64,000 nucleotides of DNA from Alphaproteobacteria bacterium (GTDB lineage: Bacteria; Pseudomonadota; Alphaproteobacteria; Micavibrionales; Micavibrionaceae). The stretch is from the NCBI GenBank assembly GCA_002401965.1, contig NVUR01000001.1, forward strand, positions 87,871 through 151,870. Reading direction: 5' to 3'. The position numbers and the translations under genes were made by a program. Shown in pieces: positions 27,900 to 38,800 of the stretch (position 1 is the stretch's first letter; each line of letters opens with the position of its first letter). The notes beneath the pieces were generated by a model that saw only the letters and a program-made list of their open reading frames with translations, was not told the origin of the DNA and did no database searches.

Positions 27900-28031
27900 C
27901 TAACCACTCATTTTTATAATACTAATAACCCAAATCAACGCAACGAAGCCAAAAATAATGGCTAGAACCGCATAGTTCTTTTTCGCTTTTTTCTTGTGGA
28001 GTTCACTTTTATAGGAATCATCATGTGGCAT
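27900..28031 (-). CDS. Small single-TM protein (43 aa), below the ORF track length cutoff
   Basis: Hand translation gives MPHDDSYKSELHKKKAKKNYAVLAIIFGFVALIWVISIIKMSG*. The ATG overlaps the ctaB stop by 11 nt, and the stop lies 3 nt before the SDR start. A small membrane ORF after ctaB is common in alphaproteobacterial cta clusters. Confidence 0.5.
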   Translation of the reverse strand: MPHDDSYKSELHKKKAKKNYAVLAIIFGFVALIWVISIIKMSG

Positions 28032-28926
28032 TTATCATCACCGCTAAAAATAGTGCAAATAAGTAAAATATCGAATAGCGAAACATCAAACGTGCAGGTT
28101 TCAAATCATCCGAAAAGAATACTTTAATCGCTGTTAAAATAAAGAAACCACTCAGCGCAATCGCGCTTATAAGATAAACAACACCAGCCACACCCATAAA
28201 ATACGGCAGTAATGTAATCGGGAACAAAACGATCGTATAGATAATCATCTGTATCTTCGTCGCACGCACACCCGCAACCACAGGCATCATAGGTATTTTC
28301 GCAGCCTTATAATCAGAGTTAGCAAACAAAGATAACGCCCAAAAATGCGGCGGAGTCCAAAAGAATATAATCGCAAATAAAACAACAGCCTCTATCGCAA
28401 CATCACCCGTCACAGCCGCCCAGCCAACCATGGGCGGGAAAGCCCCCGCCGCGCCGCCAATCACAATATTTTGCGGCGTAGAACGTTTCAGCCACATTGT
28501 ATAAACCACAACATAGAACAAATTGGCAAAGGCCAAGATGCCAGCCGCCACCCAATTCAAAGCAACGCCCATCAACATCACTGAAAAAACCGACAGCACA
28601 ATGCCAAAGGTCAACGCATCATTCGCATCCACACGTCCCATCGGAATAGGACGACCGCGCGTACGCTTCATCACCGCATCAATATCGCGATCATACCACA
28701 TATTAATCGCACCCGCCGCGCCTGCATTCACCGCCAGACACAACATCGCAATAATAATAAGAAAGGGATGCATATCAAGGGCGTGCGGTGCCACCCACAG
28801 CCCTGCAAAACCAGTAAACACAACAAGGCTCATCACCCGTGGCTTTAAAAGCGCAAAAAAATCCGAAACACGAGACTCACGCGCAGATATTTCACAGCCA
28901 AAATTTGATGATAAAATGTTACTCAT
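28021..28926 (-). CDS. ctaB: Protoheme IX farnesyltransferase (heme O synthase)
   Basis: UbiA-superfamily motifs NMWYDRDIDAVMKRTRGRPIP and a multi-TM profile, within the cta cluster. Confidence 0.95.
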   Translation of the reverse strand: MSNILSSNFGCEISARESRVSDFFALLKPRVMSLVVFTGFAGLWVAPHALDMHPFLIIIAMLCLAVNAGAAGAINMWYDRDIDAVMKRTRGRPIPMGRVDANDALTFGIVLSVFSVMLMGVALNWVAAGILAFANLFYVVVYTMWLKRSTPQNIVIGGAAGAFPPMVGWAAVTGDVAIEAVVLFAIIFFWTPPHFWALSLFANSDYKAAKIPMMPVVAGVRATKIQMIIYTIVLFPITLLPYFMGVAGVVYLISAIALSGFFILTAIKVFFSDDLKPARLMFRYSIFYLFALFLAVMINAT

Positions 28927-29001
28927 GCCCTTTATCTATCATATATCACCAAAAGGTCACGCATTTTTTAAATTTCATAGGCCAGCAAGCCTGAATAAAA
29001 A

Positions 29002-31440
29002 TCAATTCGGAATATCAACCCAGCTTGCTCCGTCGCAAAAAACCATTTTGTTGGACGTGGTGTCATATTGATAACCACCCTCTACACCTGCAACTTTGGT
29101 TCCCGCCGCGGCGCATCCACCGCCGCCTGCGCCTGCTGTTCCCGCGTTATAAACATCCAAAACAACATCACACCATTGCAAAACATGCGCGCCAAAATTA
29201 TAGCCCATCTCACCAGGTTTTGTACAAATGGAAAGCTGCGCGATTTCAGAGGCAGACAGCGCGCGATTATACATGCGCGCTTCATCAATCACGGCAGTTA
29301 CATTATAATATGGAGAAACATTAAAACGCCCGATCGATGTCGGTGTTGCAACATTATAATTAAAATCACCAGTAAATGACCCTGCCGTACTATTTTGCAA
29401 AACACCATCAACATATATGTATATGATTGCGCTGCTATGCCCCTCTTTAACACCTGCAACATGATGCCATACACCATCATTTAGAGGGGTGTTCCCTATC
29501 GAAGATATAGATATGTCATCGCTATCCTTTGCTGTAAATGTTGCATACTGGTCACTAACATGGCACGCAAGATATGTATGGGGTCTGGAACTATCTCTTT
29601 GTCCTATAAATGTTTCCCCATCTCCTGCGGAGCTACAATCTTCCGAAGTTGGAACATTTACCCATGCGGCGAAACTAAAATCTCCTGTACCAAAATCCAG
29701 CGTATCATCATCATTAATACCTATATAATCATCACTACCATCAAAACTTAGGGCCGTATCAATTTTTCCAGCCACCGAAACGACAGCGGCTTCACCACTG
29801 AAAGTACCAGTATTACCATTACCCGAACTATCCGCAATAGACGTTCCGCTGGTCTCATCCAGTTTCCAATGCCCAACGAGACCATAATTCTGAGTTTGTT
29901 GATAAATCGCTTTAATTTCAGAAGCACTGAGCGTTCCACCATATATGCGCGCATCGTCAATTTGACCGTCAAATGTTCTGGCTGTATTATCCATATTTCC
30001 AATAAGGAGATTTTCAGCAGAATCGCTGGAAAATGTCGTGCATGAGCCAGTGGAAGTATAGCTAACACTTTCACCGTTTACATACATGGTCGGGGTGTTT
30101 GCTGTATTGTCTGTATCCATACTGACCGCGACATGTGACCATTCATTAATTTGCAGAGTTCCCGTATTTGTCCGCCACCATTCATTTCCAGCAGCAACAC
30201 AATTGACAGAAAAAGCAAAAGCTTCGCCAGTGCCTCCATCCATGTGCATATGCCAACCATCACTGCCGCCACTTGCTTTTGCCAAAATCCTACCGTAATT
30301 ACCACCCTCACCGTACGTTTCCGGATATATCCAAGCCATAATCGTACCACCACCCGTAAAAACATCATTAATAGTCGCATCCGCCGATATACTGACATAG
30401 TCATTACTATTATCAAATGTAAGTGCAGTATCGATTTTCCCATCGGCTGAAACAACGGCAGCTTCACCAATAAATGTCCCCGTATTACCATTACCAGAAT
30501 ATTCAGTCACAGATGTGCCGCTTGTCTCATCAAGTGTCCAATGCCCAACGAGATCTTTGGTGGAGGCATAAAGATAGGCAATTTCAGTGGAGGTAAGGAC
30601 ACGGTCATAGATGCGAACATCGTCAATATCACCATCAAAATTATTTACCCCCGCTGCGTATGATCGTTGTCCTATCTGCACCGAGCCTGTTGTATCTGGC
30701 AGATCGTATGTGAGTGTAAAAGTGGATTCGAGGACACCATTAACATACATCTTAAGTGCGTTCGTATTACCGTCATATGTTGCGGTAATCAGATTCCATT
30801 CCCCCGTGTTAAAAGTAGATATGGTATCACATCTACACGGAGCATCGTTGCCACTACCATTTTCGTAGTAGAAACGAACTGTTTGCCCATCTTTATAAGC
30901 AAATTCCCAGTCTTTATTTTCCGAACTCAGTGATTTTGTCAAAAGTTGAGCTTCTCCAGCAGGGATACTATCGGGATTAAACCAAAAACTCCAAGTTAGT
31001 GTAGCATTGGTTCCTCCACTTAACGCCGCATTATCCGCGATTGTGACATAATCATCTGTTCCATCGAAATGAATAGAAGTACCGAGCTTTCCTGCTACGG
31101 TTTCTTCTGCGACATCAGCATTTACATTATCCGACCACGTGCCGCCATTACCACTGCCTGAGCTATCAGTAATAGTCGAGCCACTGGTTTCATCCAGACG
31201 CCAATGACCAACAAGGGCGGCGTTCATATTGGGTTCAATCGCAACCACAGGGGCAATCGCGCCCGCTTCGACCCAACTGGTATCGTTACAATACTCCATC
31301 TGACCAGTACCAGTCAGGTCAAACCCCATCTCTCCGGCCACGCCCGTAGGGGAAGAACACACCGCATGGGAAGCACTTGGAAACACAAGTAAAACCATGA
31401 CAAATAATACAAGAAATATTTTGAGACGCTCACACAACAT
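29002..31440 (-). CDS. Secreted protein with three tandem LamG (concanavalin A-like lectin) modules and Cys-bracketed terminal motifs
   Basis: Signal peptide ...VFPSASHA. There are three modules, each starting LVGHW(R/T/K)LDETSG and containing FDG.DDY and DD(V/A)RIY motifs. Short C..P.G..G...(Y/F/W)C(N/D)..SW motifs occur at the N-terminus and twice at the C-terminus. Confidence 0.8.
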   Translation of the reverse strand: MLCERLKIFLVLFVMVLLVFPSASHAVCSSPTGVAGEMGFDLTGTGQMEYCNDTSWVEAGAIAPVVAIEPNMNAALVGHWRLDETSGSTITDSSGSGNGGTWSDNVNADVAEETVAGKLGTSIHFDGTDDYVTIADNAALSGGTNATLTWSFWFNPDSIPAGEAQLLTKSLSSENKDWEFAYKDGQTVRFYYENGSGNDAPCRCDTISTFNTGEWNLITATYDGNTNALKMYVNGVLESTFTLTYDLPDTTGSVQIGQRSYAAGVNNFDGDIDDVRIYDRVLTSTEIAYLYASTKDLVGHWTLDETSGTSVTEYSGNGNTGTFIGEAAVVSADGKIDTALTFDNSNDYVSISADATINDVFTGGGTIMAWIYPETYGEGGNYGRILAKASGGSDGWHMHMDGGTGEAFAFSVNCVAAGNEWWRTNTGTLQINEWSHVAVSMDTDNTANTPTMYVNGESVSYTSTGSCTTFSSDSAENLLIGNMDNTARTFDGQIDDARIYGGTLSASEIKAIYQQTQNYGLVGHWKLDETSGTSIADSSGNGNTGTFSGEAAVVSVAGKIDTALSFDGSDDYIGINDDDTLDFGTGDFSFAAWVNVPTSEDCSSAGDGETFIGQRDSSRPHTYLACHVSDQYATFTAKDSDDISISSIGNTPLNDGVWHHVAGVKEGHSSAIIYIYVDGVLQNSTAGSFTGDFNYNVATPTSIGRFNVSPYYNVTAVIDEARMYNRALSASEIAQLSICTKPGEMGYNFGAHVLQWCDVVLDVYNAGTAGAGGGGCAAAGTKVAGVEGGYQYDTTSNKMVFCDGASWVDIPN

Positions 31441-31477
31441 CCCTTCATTCTAGCACAAAACCCTAAAGCGTCTTCAT

Positions 31478-31506
31478 AAAAAAAGCCCCGCAATAGATAC
31501 GGGGCT
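31478..31506 (-). terminator. Rho-independent terminator after ctaD
   Basis: AGCCCCG-N9-CGGGGCT hairpin (31484..31506) with an A7 run at 31478..31484, which is a U-tail on the minus strand. It lies 24 nt downstream of the ctaD stop. Confidence 0.65.
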
Positions 31507-31529
31507 TTCAAAAAATTTAACGGCTAAAG

Positions 31530-33119
31530 CTATTTCACTTTTGGCTGAATTTCGAACTGATGGAATGGTGGCGGTGAAGACACTGACCATTCCAGCGTAA
31601 AGCACTGCGGCTCAACATCCCAGTAATTATCCGTTGCTTTCTTACCGAAGAACAAGGTGTAGAACACCACCACAATAAACCAAAGCGTCGCAATCCCCGT
31701 CAGATACGCCCCATAAGACGAGATCATATTAAACCCTGCATACGCATCAGGATAATCAACATAACGACGTGGCATACCCTGCAAACCAAGAAAATGCTGC
31801 GGGAAGAAAATCAAATTCACGCCAACAAATGTCAACCAGAAATGAATTTGCCCCATCCATTCAGGAATAATTTTACCAAACATCTTACCCGCCCAGTAAT
31901 AATAACCCGCAAACAGCGCAAAGACCGCACCAAGCGACAACACATAATGGAAATGTGCAATCACATAATATGTGTCATGCAACGCAACGTCCATACCCGC
32001 ATTCGCCAAGACAACGCCAGTAACACCACCAACAGTGAAAAGGAAAATAAACCCAATCGCCCAAAGCATCGGCACTTTGAAACTAATAGAACCACCCCAC
32101 ATCGTCGCAATCCATGAAAAAATCTTAATCCCCGTTGGAATGGCAATAATAAGCGTCGCCGCCGTGAAATAAGCCCGTGTATCAACGCTCATCCCCACTG
32201 TATACATGTGATGCGCCCAAACAACAAAGCCAACCGCGCCGATAGAAACCATCGCATACGCCATGCCAAGATATCCAAAAATCGGACGTTTCGAGAACGT
32301 TGAAATAATATGGGATATAATACCAAATCCTGGCAAAATCATAATATACACCTCAGGATGTCCAAAGAACCAAAACAGATGCTGGAACAAGATAGGATCG
32401 CCACCACCTTCAGGGTTAAAGAATGCTGTGCCAAAATTACGATCCGTCAACAACATCGTAATCGCACCACCCAAAACAGGCAAAGACAATACAAGCAAGA
32501 AAGACGTCACCAGCATCGACCAAACAAACAGCGGCATTTTATGCAATGTCATACCCGGTGCGCGCATATTAAAGATCGTCGTAATAAAATTCGCTGCCCC
32601 TAAAATAGAGCTTGCCCCCGCCAAATGAAGCGCAAAGATCGCCATATCGACCGACATACCATCATGCCCGAAAGCACTGCCCGAAAGCGGCGGATAAATC
32701 GTCCACCCCGTTCCTGCACCGCCGCCAATCACCGTCGATAAACCCAAAAGCAAAAAGGCAGGAACCATCAACCAGAATGAAATATTATTCAAACGCGGAA
32801 ACGCCATGTCAGGCGCACCAATCATTAACGGCACAAACCAGTTCCCGAATCCACCGATCAACCCTGGCATCACAACAAAGAACACCATAATCAAACCATG
32901 CGCGGTAATAATCACATTCCACATGTGACCATCAACACCACCAGCGGAGTCTAAGAAGTACTGCACACCAGGCTGTTCCAGCTCCAGACGCATAAACATG
33001 GAAAATAAACCACCGACAAGACCGGCAATAATAGAAAATATGATATAAAGCGTTCCGATATCCTTATGATTTGTGGACATGAACCAACGTTTAAAAAAGC
33101 TCGGTTTGTGGTCGCTCAT
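31530..33119 (-). CDS. ctaD: Cytochrome c oxidase subunit I
   Basis: Canonical CoxI sequence ([17 protein letters not shown]-like, HHMYTVG and others), 529 aa. Confidence 0.97.
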   Translation of the reverse strand: MSDHKPSFFKRWFMSTNHKDIGTLYIIFSIIAGLVGGLFSMFMRLELEQPGVQYFLDSAGGVDGHMWNVIITAHGLIMVFFVVMPGLIGGFGNWFVPLMIGAPDMAFPRLNNISFWLMVPAFLLLGLSTVIGGGAGTGWTIYPPLSGSAFGHDGMSVDMAIFALHLAGASSILGAANFITTIFNMRAPGMTLHKMPLFVWSMLVTSFLLVLSLPVLGGAITMLLTDRNFGTAFFNPEGGGDPILFQHLFWFFGHPEVYIMILPGFGIISHIISTFSKRPIFGYLGMAYAMVSIGAVGFVVWAHHMYTVGMSVDTRAYFTAATLIIAIPTGIKIFSWIATMWGGSISFKVPMLWAIGFIFLFTVGGVTGVVLANAGMDVALHDTYYVIAHFHYVLSLGAVFALFAGYYYWAGKMFGKIIPEWMGQIHFWLTFVGVNLIFFPQHFLGLQGMPRRYVDYPDAYAGFNMISSYGAYLTGIATLWFIVVVFYTLFFGKKATDNYWDVEPQCFTLEWSVSSPPPFHQFEIQPKVK

Positions 33120-33174
33120 ATTTTTATTCTCTCTGTATTCTTCTTTGTTTTAATAGTCTTTTTAACGGTAAAAA

Positions 33175-34011
33175 TTACTGCTGTAACGCCGTTAACTTAA
33201 TAGTTTTGGGAAAGTTATCATTCGCAGAGAACTCTTCCGTCGCACGCAATGTCCATGCCTTAAACTCTTCCTTGGTCACAGCGTGTACTTCAATCGGCAT
33301 GAAGCTATGATCCTTACCACACAGCTCCGAACACTGACCGTAATACACACCTGGTCTATCAATACGGAACCATGTTTCATTCGTGCGCCCAGGCACGGTA
33401 TCAATTTTCACGCCAAAAGCCGGAATTGTCCATGCATGAATAACATCATTCGATGTCACCAAAATGGCAATATCGGTGTCAATTGGTAAGACAACAACGT
33501 TATCAGTCGACAGTAATCTTTTTTGATCGGGGCGCAAATCTTCCGTCGCCACCATCCGTGAATCAAACGTCAAGCCACCTTGATCAGGATATTCATATCC
33601 CCAATACCACTGATACCCCGTAATCTTCAAAGTCATTTCCGGCTCAACAATACGGTCATTCTTATAGAGTATCTTAAAGGACGGAATAGCAATAATAATC
33701 AAAAGAACAATCGGAAGGACCGTCCAAACAATCTCCAGCAAAACATTATGCGTCACCTTGGATGGTGTTTTGTTCACATGTTTATTATAGCGAATAACAA
33801 CAAAAATCAGTAACAACGTCACAAACACCGTGATGCCTGTAATAATGATCATCAATAGGGTATGAAAGTCCTGAATACGTTCTGCCGAAGAAGTCGCAGC
33901 AGGCTGAAAGCCAAATTCCCAATTTACCGGTTCATTTGCAAGCGCAGGGTCAACCAAAACGACCAGACCTAGAAATGCCAATAACGCCGTCCATAATATA
34001 TTTTTGTTCAT
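33175..34011 (-). CDS. ctaC: Cytochrome c oxidase subunit II
   Basis: Signal peptide, two TM helices and the CuA site CSELCGKDHSFM. Confidence 0.95.
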   Translation of the reverse strand: MNKNILWTALLAFLGLVVLVDPALANEPVNWEFGFQPAATSSAERIQDFHTLLMIIITGITVFVTLLLIFVVIRYNKHVNKTPSKVTHNVLLEIVWTVLPIVLLIIIAIPSFKILYKNDRIVEPEMTLKITGYQWYWGYEYPDQGGLTFDSRMVATEDLRPDQKRLLSTDNVVVLPIDTDIAILVTSNDVIHAWTIPAFGVKIDTVPGRTNETWFRIDRPGVYYGQCSELCGKDHSFMPIEVHAVTKEEFKAWTLRATEEFSANDNFPKTIKLTALQQ

Positions 34012-34143
34012 TATAAAATCTTTTTTGTTTTCTTATGTCAAAACCGAAAAATGCATGCATAAATTTCGATAGTATGAATAAGAATATATCACTGAAAAAG
34101 CAAGCCTGAACAGGGTAATTTCCGGATTTTTTTAATCTATCTA

Positions 34144-34881
34144 CTAAGGAGCCAACATTTTGGCATAAGATAAACACGCAATTGCCGCGGTTTCTGCGCG
34201 TAAAATCGTTTCCCCCAAATCGACCAACCTTATATTTTCTGCGGTAATCAAGGCCTTAACCTCTTGATCGTCAAAGCCGCCCTCTGGTCCAATTAAAAAT
34301 GCCGCGCCCTTCTCATATGAATACGAAGATAATGGCGCGGCAAGCTCTCGGCGTTCCAAACAGACAAAAAGAGGCAATTTAAGAAACAATGTCTCTTTCA
34401 TCCGCAATAATTCGGGTAATTTTTGCACGGGATGTAATGTCGGCAAGTCAAGGCGTTCGCACTGTTCTGTCGCCTCAATGATCTGAGCGCACATACGCGC
34501 CTCATTCAACTTCCTGTTTTCCGTTCTGTTCGTGATAACGGGATATAGACCGCTCACCCCCAGTTCCACCGCTTTCTCAATCAAGAAATCCATGCGCTGC
34601 TTTTTAATCGGGGAAAAAAACAAGTACAGAGGGGCAGAGATATCAGGCTGTTGCTTTATTTGTTCGGTTAACAGGGCTGAGCCATTCTTTTTCCCAAGCA
34701 CTTTAAGACTGGCCAACCACTCCCCGTCACGCCCGTTAAACACGCGCAAAACATCGCCAACACTCTTACGCAAAACATTTTTCAAATAGTGACTATGCGA
34801 CGCGTCCAGAGAAATTTCTGCGCCTTGTGAAAAAGGCACATTGATATATAGGCGCGGATACTTGTATATATGATCTATCAT
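34144..34881 (-). CDS. rsmE: 16S rRNA (uracil1498-N3)-methyltransferase
   Basis: PRLYI N-terminus and the LIGPEGGF motif. The start was chosen at the ATG at 34881 (MIDHIYKYPRLYI); the ORF track begins at 34920. Confidence 0.85.
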   Translation of the reverse strand: MIDHIYKYPRLYINVPFSQGAEISLDASHSHYLKNVLRKSVGDVLRVFNGRDGEWLASLKVLGKKNGSALLTEQIKQQPDISAPLYLFFSPIKKQRMDFLIEKAVELGVSGLYPVITNRTENRKLNEARMCAQIIEATEQCERLDLPTLHPVQKLPELLRMKETLFLKLPLFVCLERRELAAPLSSYSYEKGAAFLIGPEGGFDDQEVKALITAENIRLVDLGETILRAETAAIACLSYAKMLAP

Positions 34882-35803
34882 GACAGATCTAATAAACACT
34901 AAAGTGCACACAGATATCAAGAGGCTTGTCTGGATAGAGAAATTTCTTCCCGCCTCTATGCGCCCGTACGCCTATTTAATGCGCCTCGACAGACCTATTG
35001 GTATCTGGCTTTTGCTATTGCCTGGGTTCTGGAGCATCACCCTTGCCTCTGGTGGAATATCAAACTTCGGATCGCATAAATGGCGCATCATTGCCCTCTT
35101 TATTCTCGGCGCAATTATTATGCGGGGCGCAGGATGTGTCGTGAATGATTTATGGGATCGTGATCTGGATAAAATGGTCGAACGCACCAAAAACCGCCCT
35201 TTAGCCAGCGGCGCAGTCTCCACCAAAAAAGGAATTGCATTTTTAGCAACTTTGTTGCTGATTGGCCTTGTCATCCTTCTGCAATTCAACATCACAACCA
35301 TTATTTTAGGGATCATAACCCTCCCGCTTATCATGTCCTACCCCTTGATGAAACGCTTCACATGGTGGCCCCAAGCCTTCCTTGGTCTGACTTTTAACTT
35401 TGGTGCTTTAATGGGTTACAGCGCGATCACGGGAAATATCAGCGCGCCCGCACTCCTGCTTTATCTGGGTGGGATATTCTGGACACTGGGCTATGACACC
35501 ATCTACGCCCATCAAGATAAAGAAGACGACATCATGGCGGGCATTAAATCAACCGCCCTCAAATTCGGAGAAAACAGCAAAATCTGGATTGCGGGTTTTT
35601 ACGCCTTAAGCATCACCTCAATACTTGGCGCGTACATCACCGCAGGAAACACGTACAGCACATCGGTTTTTATTCTCATACCCATTGCACATTTTGCATG
35701 GCAAATATGGATATGGAACCCGAATAACCAGTCCAGTTCTCTATCAATTTTCAAATCAAATCAAATCACAGGACTACTTATATTGCTTATGCTCAGCCTA
35801 TAG
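34880..35803 (+). CDS. ubiA: 4-hydroxybenzoate polyprenyltransferase
   Basis: NDLWDRDLDKMVERTKNRPLASG and YDTIYAHQDKEDD motifs. An alternative start is at 34958 (MRPYAYLMRLDRPIG). Confidence 0.9.
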   Translation: MTDLINTKVHTDIKRLVWIEKFLPASMRPYAYLMRLDRPIGIWLLLLPGFWSITLASGGISNFGSHKWRIIALFILGAIIMRGAGCVVNDLWDRDLDKMVERTKNRPLASGAVSTKKGIAFLATLLLIGLVILLQFNITTIILGIITLPLIMSYPLMKRFTWWPQAFLGLTFNFGALMGYSAITGNISAPALLLYLGGIFWTLGYDTIYAHQDKEDDIMAGIKSTALKFGENSKIWIAGFYALSITSILGAYITAGNTYSTSVFILIPIAHFAWQIWIWNPNNQSSSLSIFKSNQITGLLILLMLSL

Positions 35804-38800
35804 TCAACCGCCATACAAACCGCGTAAACGTTGCTCCGCAACGATCAACATCGTCAAATCAACCGTACCCACACGACGCAAATCGGCGAATAAGGGGTCT
35901 AACTGCGTTACATGATGCGTATGCGTTTCCAGCCAAGCATCAAAACTTGATGCATCTTTTGCCTTTTTACCTGCATCACGTAAAACACGTACGGTCAAGC
36001 CCGCCTGACAACCATAAAGCTGCCCCATCAGACCATTCGCCGCTTCGCTTTTCCAATGATCGCCTTGTGGCAAGAAACGCGCTTTTTGACGCAACCAATC
36101 AAGATGGAAACGCTCTCCCACTTGGAAATAAGTCTGCGCTGCATTTTTCAAATCAACTTTTTGTTCCGTTGCAATACGAATAATATCACATGCAGAAGAC
36201 AAAACAGGCAAAAGCGCAATTTGACGTGCAAGGTCTTTGGGTAAACCATCCGATAATGCCGCATCTTGACGCTGCTTAATCGTAATTTGAAGGCTTTCTG
36301 GCACCAATTTATCCAACTCTTGAGACAAAATCTGAATTGCCGCACCAAATTCTTTCGCATCCTTATTAATATCTAAATCACGCCCCAAACGCGTCAGAAA
36401 CCATGTAATGCCATACTCTGATAAATTAACAATCTCACGCATCGCTTTCAGCTGTACTTGCGCGGGAACACGTCCGTCTAACGCTTCGATACTATCCCAT
36501 AAACGACGCAAACCAAACGCATCACGTACAATGATATAGGCCTGCGATATTTCATTCACAGTCGCCCCCGTCTTATTCATACGTGACTTCAAGAATGTCG
36601 GCCCCATACGATTAATCAAAGAATTCGCCATCATTGTTGCAATAATCTCACGTTTCAGACGGTGACGCAGAATTTCCTTTTCGAATTTCTGACCCAAAAT
36701 ATCGGGGAAATAATCCATAATCCAATAATTCATTTCGGAACTATCGGGAGTATCGGAATTCAAAAGATCCTGTGTCAAATTAATTTTCGCATAAGCAAAA
36801 ATAACGCACAATTCTGGTCGTGTCAGCCCTTTGCCCATACGCAAACGTTCCTGAATGATGCTTTGATCTGGCAATCCTTCAATTTCACGGCTTAAGCCCT
36901 CTTCACGCTCCATATCTTGAATAAATTCATCATGTAACTGTAGGTTTTCAGGCGCTTGCATTTCCATCAAGGAAATCGCCTGTGCTTGCTGATAATTATG
37001 GCGCAACACATGTGACGCAATTTCGCTGGTCATTTTCTCAAGCAATTTATTACGCGCCGCAAGATCCATGCCGTGATCTTTTTGCCCCATAACATCACGC
37101 ATCAGGATTTTAATATTCACCTCATGGTCAGAGGAATCCACGCCAGCCGAATTATCAAGAAAATCGGTGTTAATACTGACACCGCGCTCTGCCATTTCAA
37201 TACGCGCCAATTGTGTGATGCCAAGATTTGCACCCTCACCAATAACTTTCGCACGCACTTCATCCGCATCAACACGCAACGCATCACTTGCCTTATCATC
37301 CGCATCGGCGTCCGTTTCGCTTGTCGCTTTGATATATGTACCAATACCACCAAACCACAGCAAATCAGTCCGCGCCCTTAACATAGCCTGAATCAGCTGA
37401 TTCGGCGTGACGCTGTTTTCCTCAATATCAAAACGTTTTTTAATTTCTGACGTCAATTTCACGGTCTTATCGCTACGCTTGAAAATACGCCCGCCCTTAG
37501 ACAAAGTTTTCTCATCATATTGATCCCAACCACCAACACAATCAAACAAACGCTTACGCTCCGCAAATGATTTGGCTGTATCAGGATTAGGGTCACAGAA
37601 AATATGCAAATGATTAAATGCACCAATCAGATTAATATGCTCGGACAGCAACATACCGTTACCAAAAACATCCCCACCCATGTCACCGACACCAACCACA
37701 TCAAATGGCTGATTTTGTATATCGTGATTGAATAAACGGAAATGGTATTTCACAGATTCCCACGCACCGCGTGCCGTAATACCCATTTTCTTATGGTCAT
37801 ATCCCGCAGAACCACCAGAGGCAAACGCATCATCCAGCCAAAACCCATAATCTTGTGACAAACCATTGGCAATATCGGAAAACGTTGCCGTTCCTTTATC
37901 TGCCGCCACAACCAAATACGGATCATCACCATCACGGCGCACAACATCCTTAGGCGGAATAATCTTCTTGCCCTCTTGGTTATCTGTAATATCCAACATA
38001 CCGCGGATAAATATTTTATAACATTCAATCCCCTCGGCCATAAATTCTGCGCGACTATTGGTTGGAGTTTTAACAACAAACCCACCTTTAGACCCCACGG
38101 GCACAATCACCGAATTTTTAACCATCTGTGCCTTCATAAGACCAAGAACTTCGGTACGGTAATCTTCATGGCGATCTGACCAACGTAAACCACCGCGTGC
38201 AATTTTATCACCGCGTAAATGTATCGCCTCCACACGTGGTGAGAAGACAAAAATCTCACGGAACGGCTTAGGCAAAGGCATATAAGGAATTTGCCCGCAA
38301 TAAAATTTCAGCGACAAACACGGCTTAACGCGACCATCACTTTGTCTCTGGAAATAATTCGTTCTGATCGTTGCCTGCACCAATACAAGCATAGCACGCA
38401 AAATACGGTCATAATCACTCGACTTAACCTTATCCAGCGCACTCATAATTTTCTCCGTAAGAAGATCAACCATCGCATCAGAATCCTTACCATTCTTAGG
38501 ATCATGATATGCCTTAAACAAATCAATCAGAAAACGGCTAATCATTGGGTTTTCTGTCAAGACTTTCTCAATATAAGACCGACTGAACGGAAAGCGCAAC
38601 TGCTTAACATAGCGCACATAAGAGCGCAAAATCATAACCTCGCGCCAATTCGCGCCCGCACTTAAAACAAGACGGTTCAAACCATCATTATTCGCCTCAT
38701 TATTCCAAACCTTTATAAAGGCGCGCTCAAAATTCTCTTTCACATCTTGAACCACAATAAAATCTTCGATTTCTGGCGTTTCCAGCAAAAAATCATGTAT

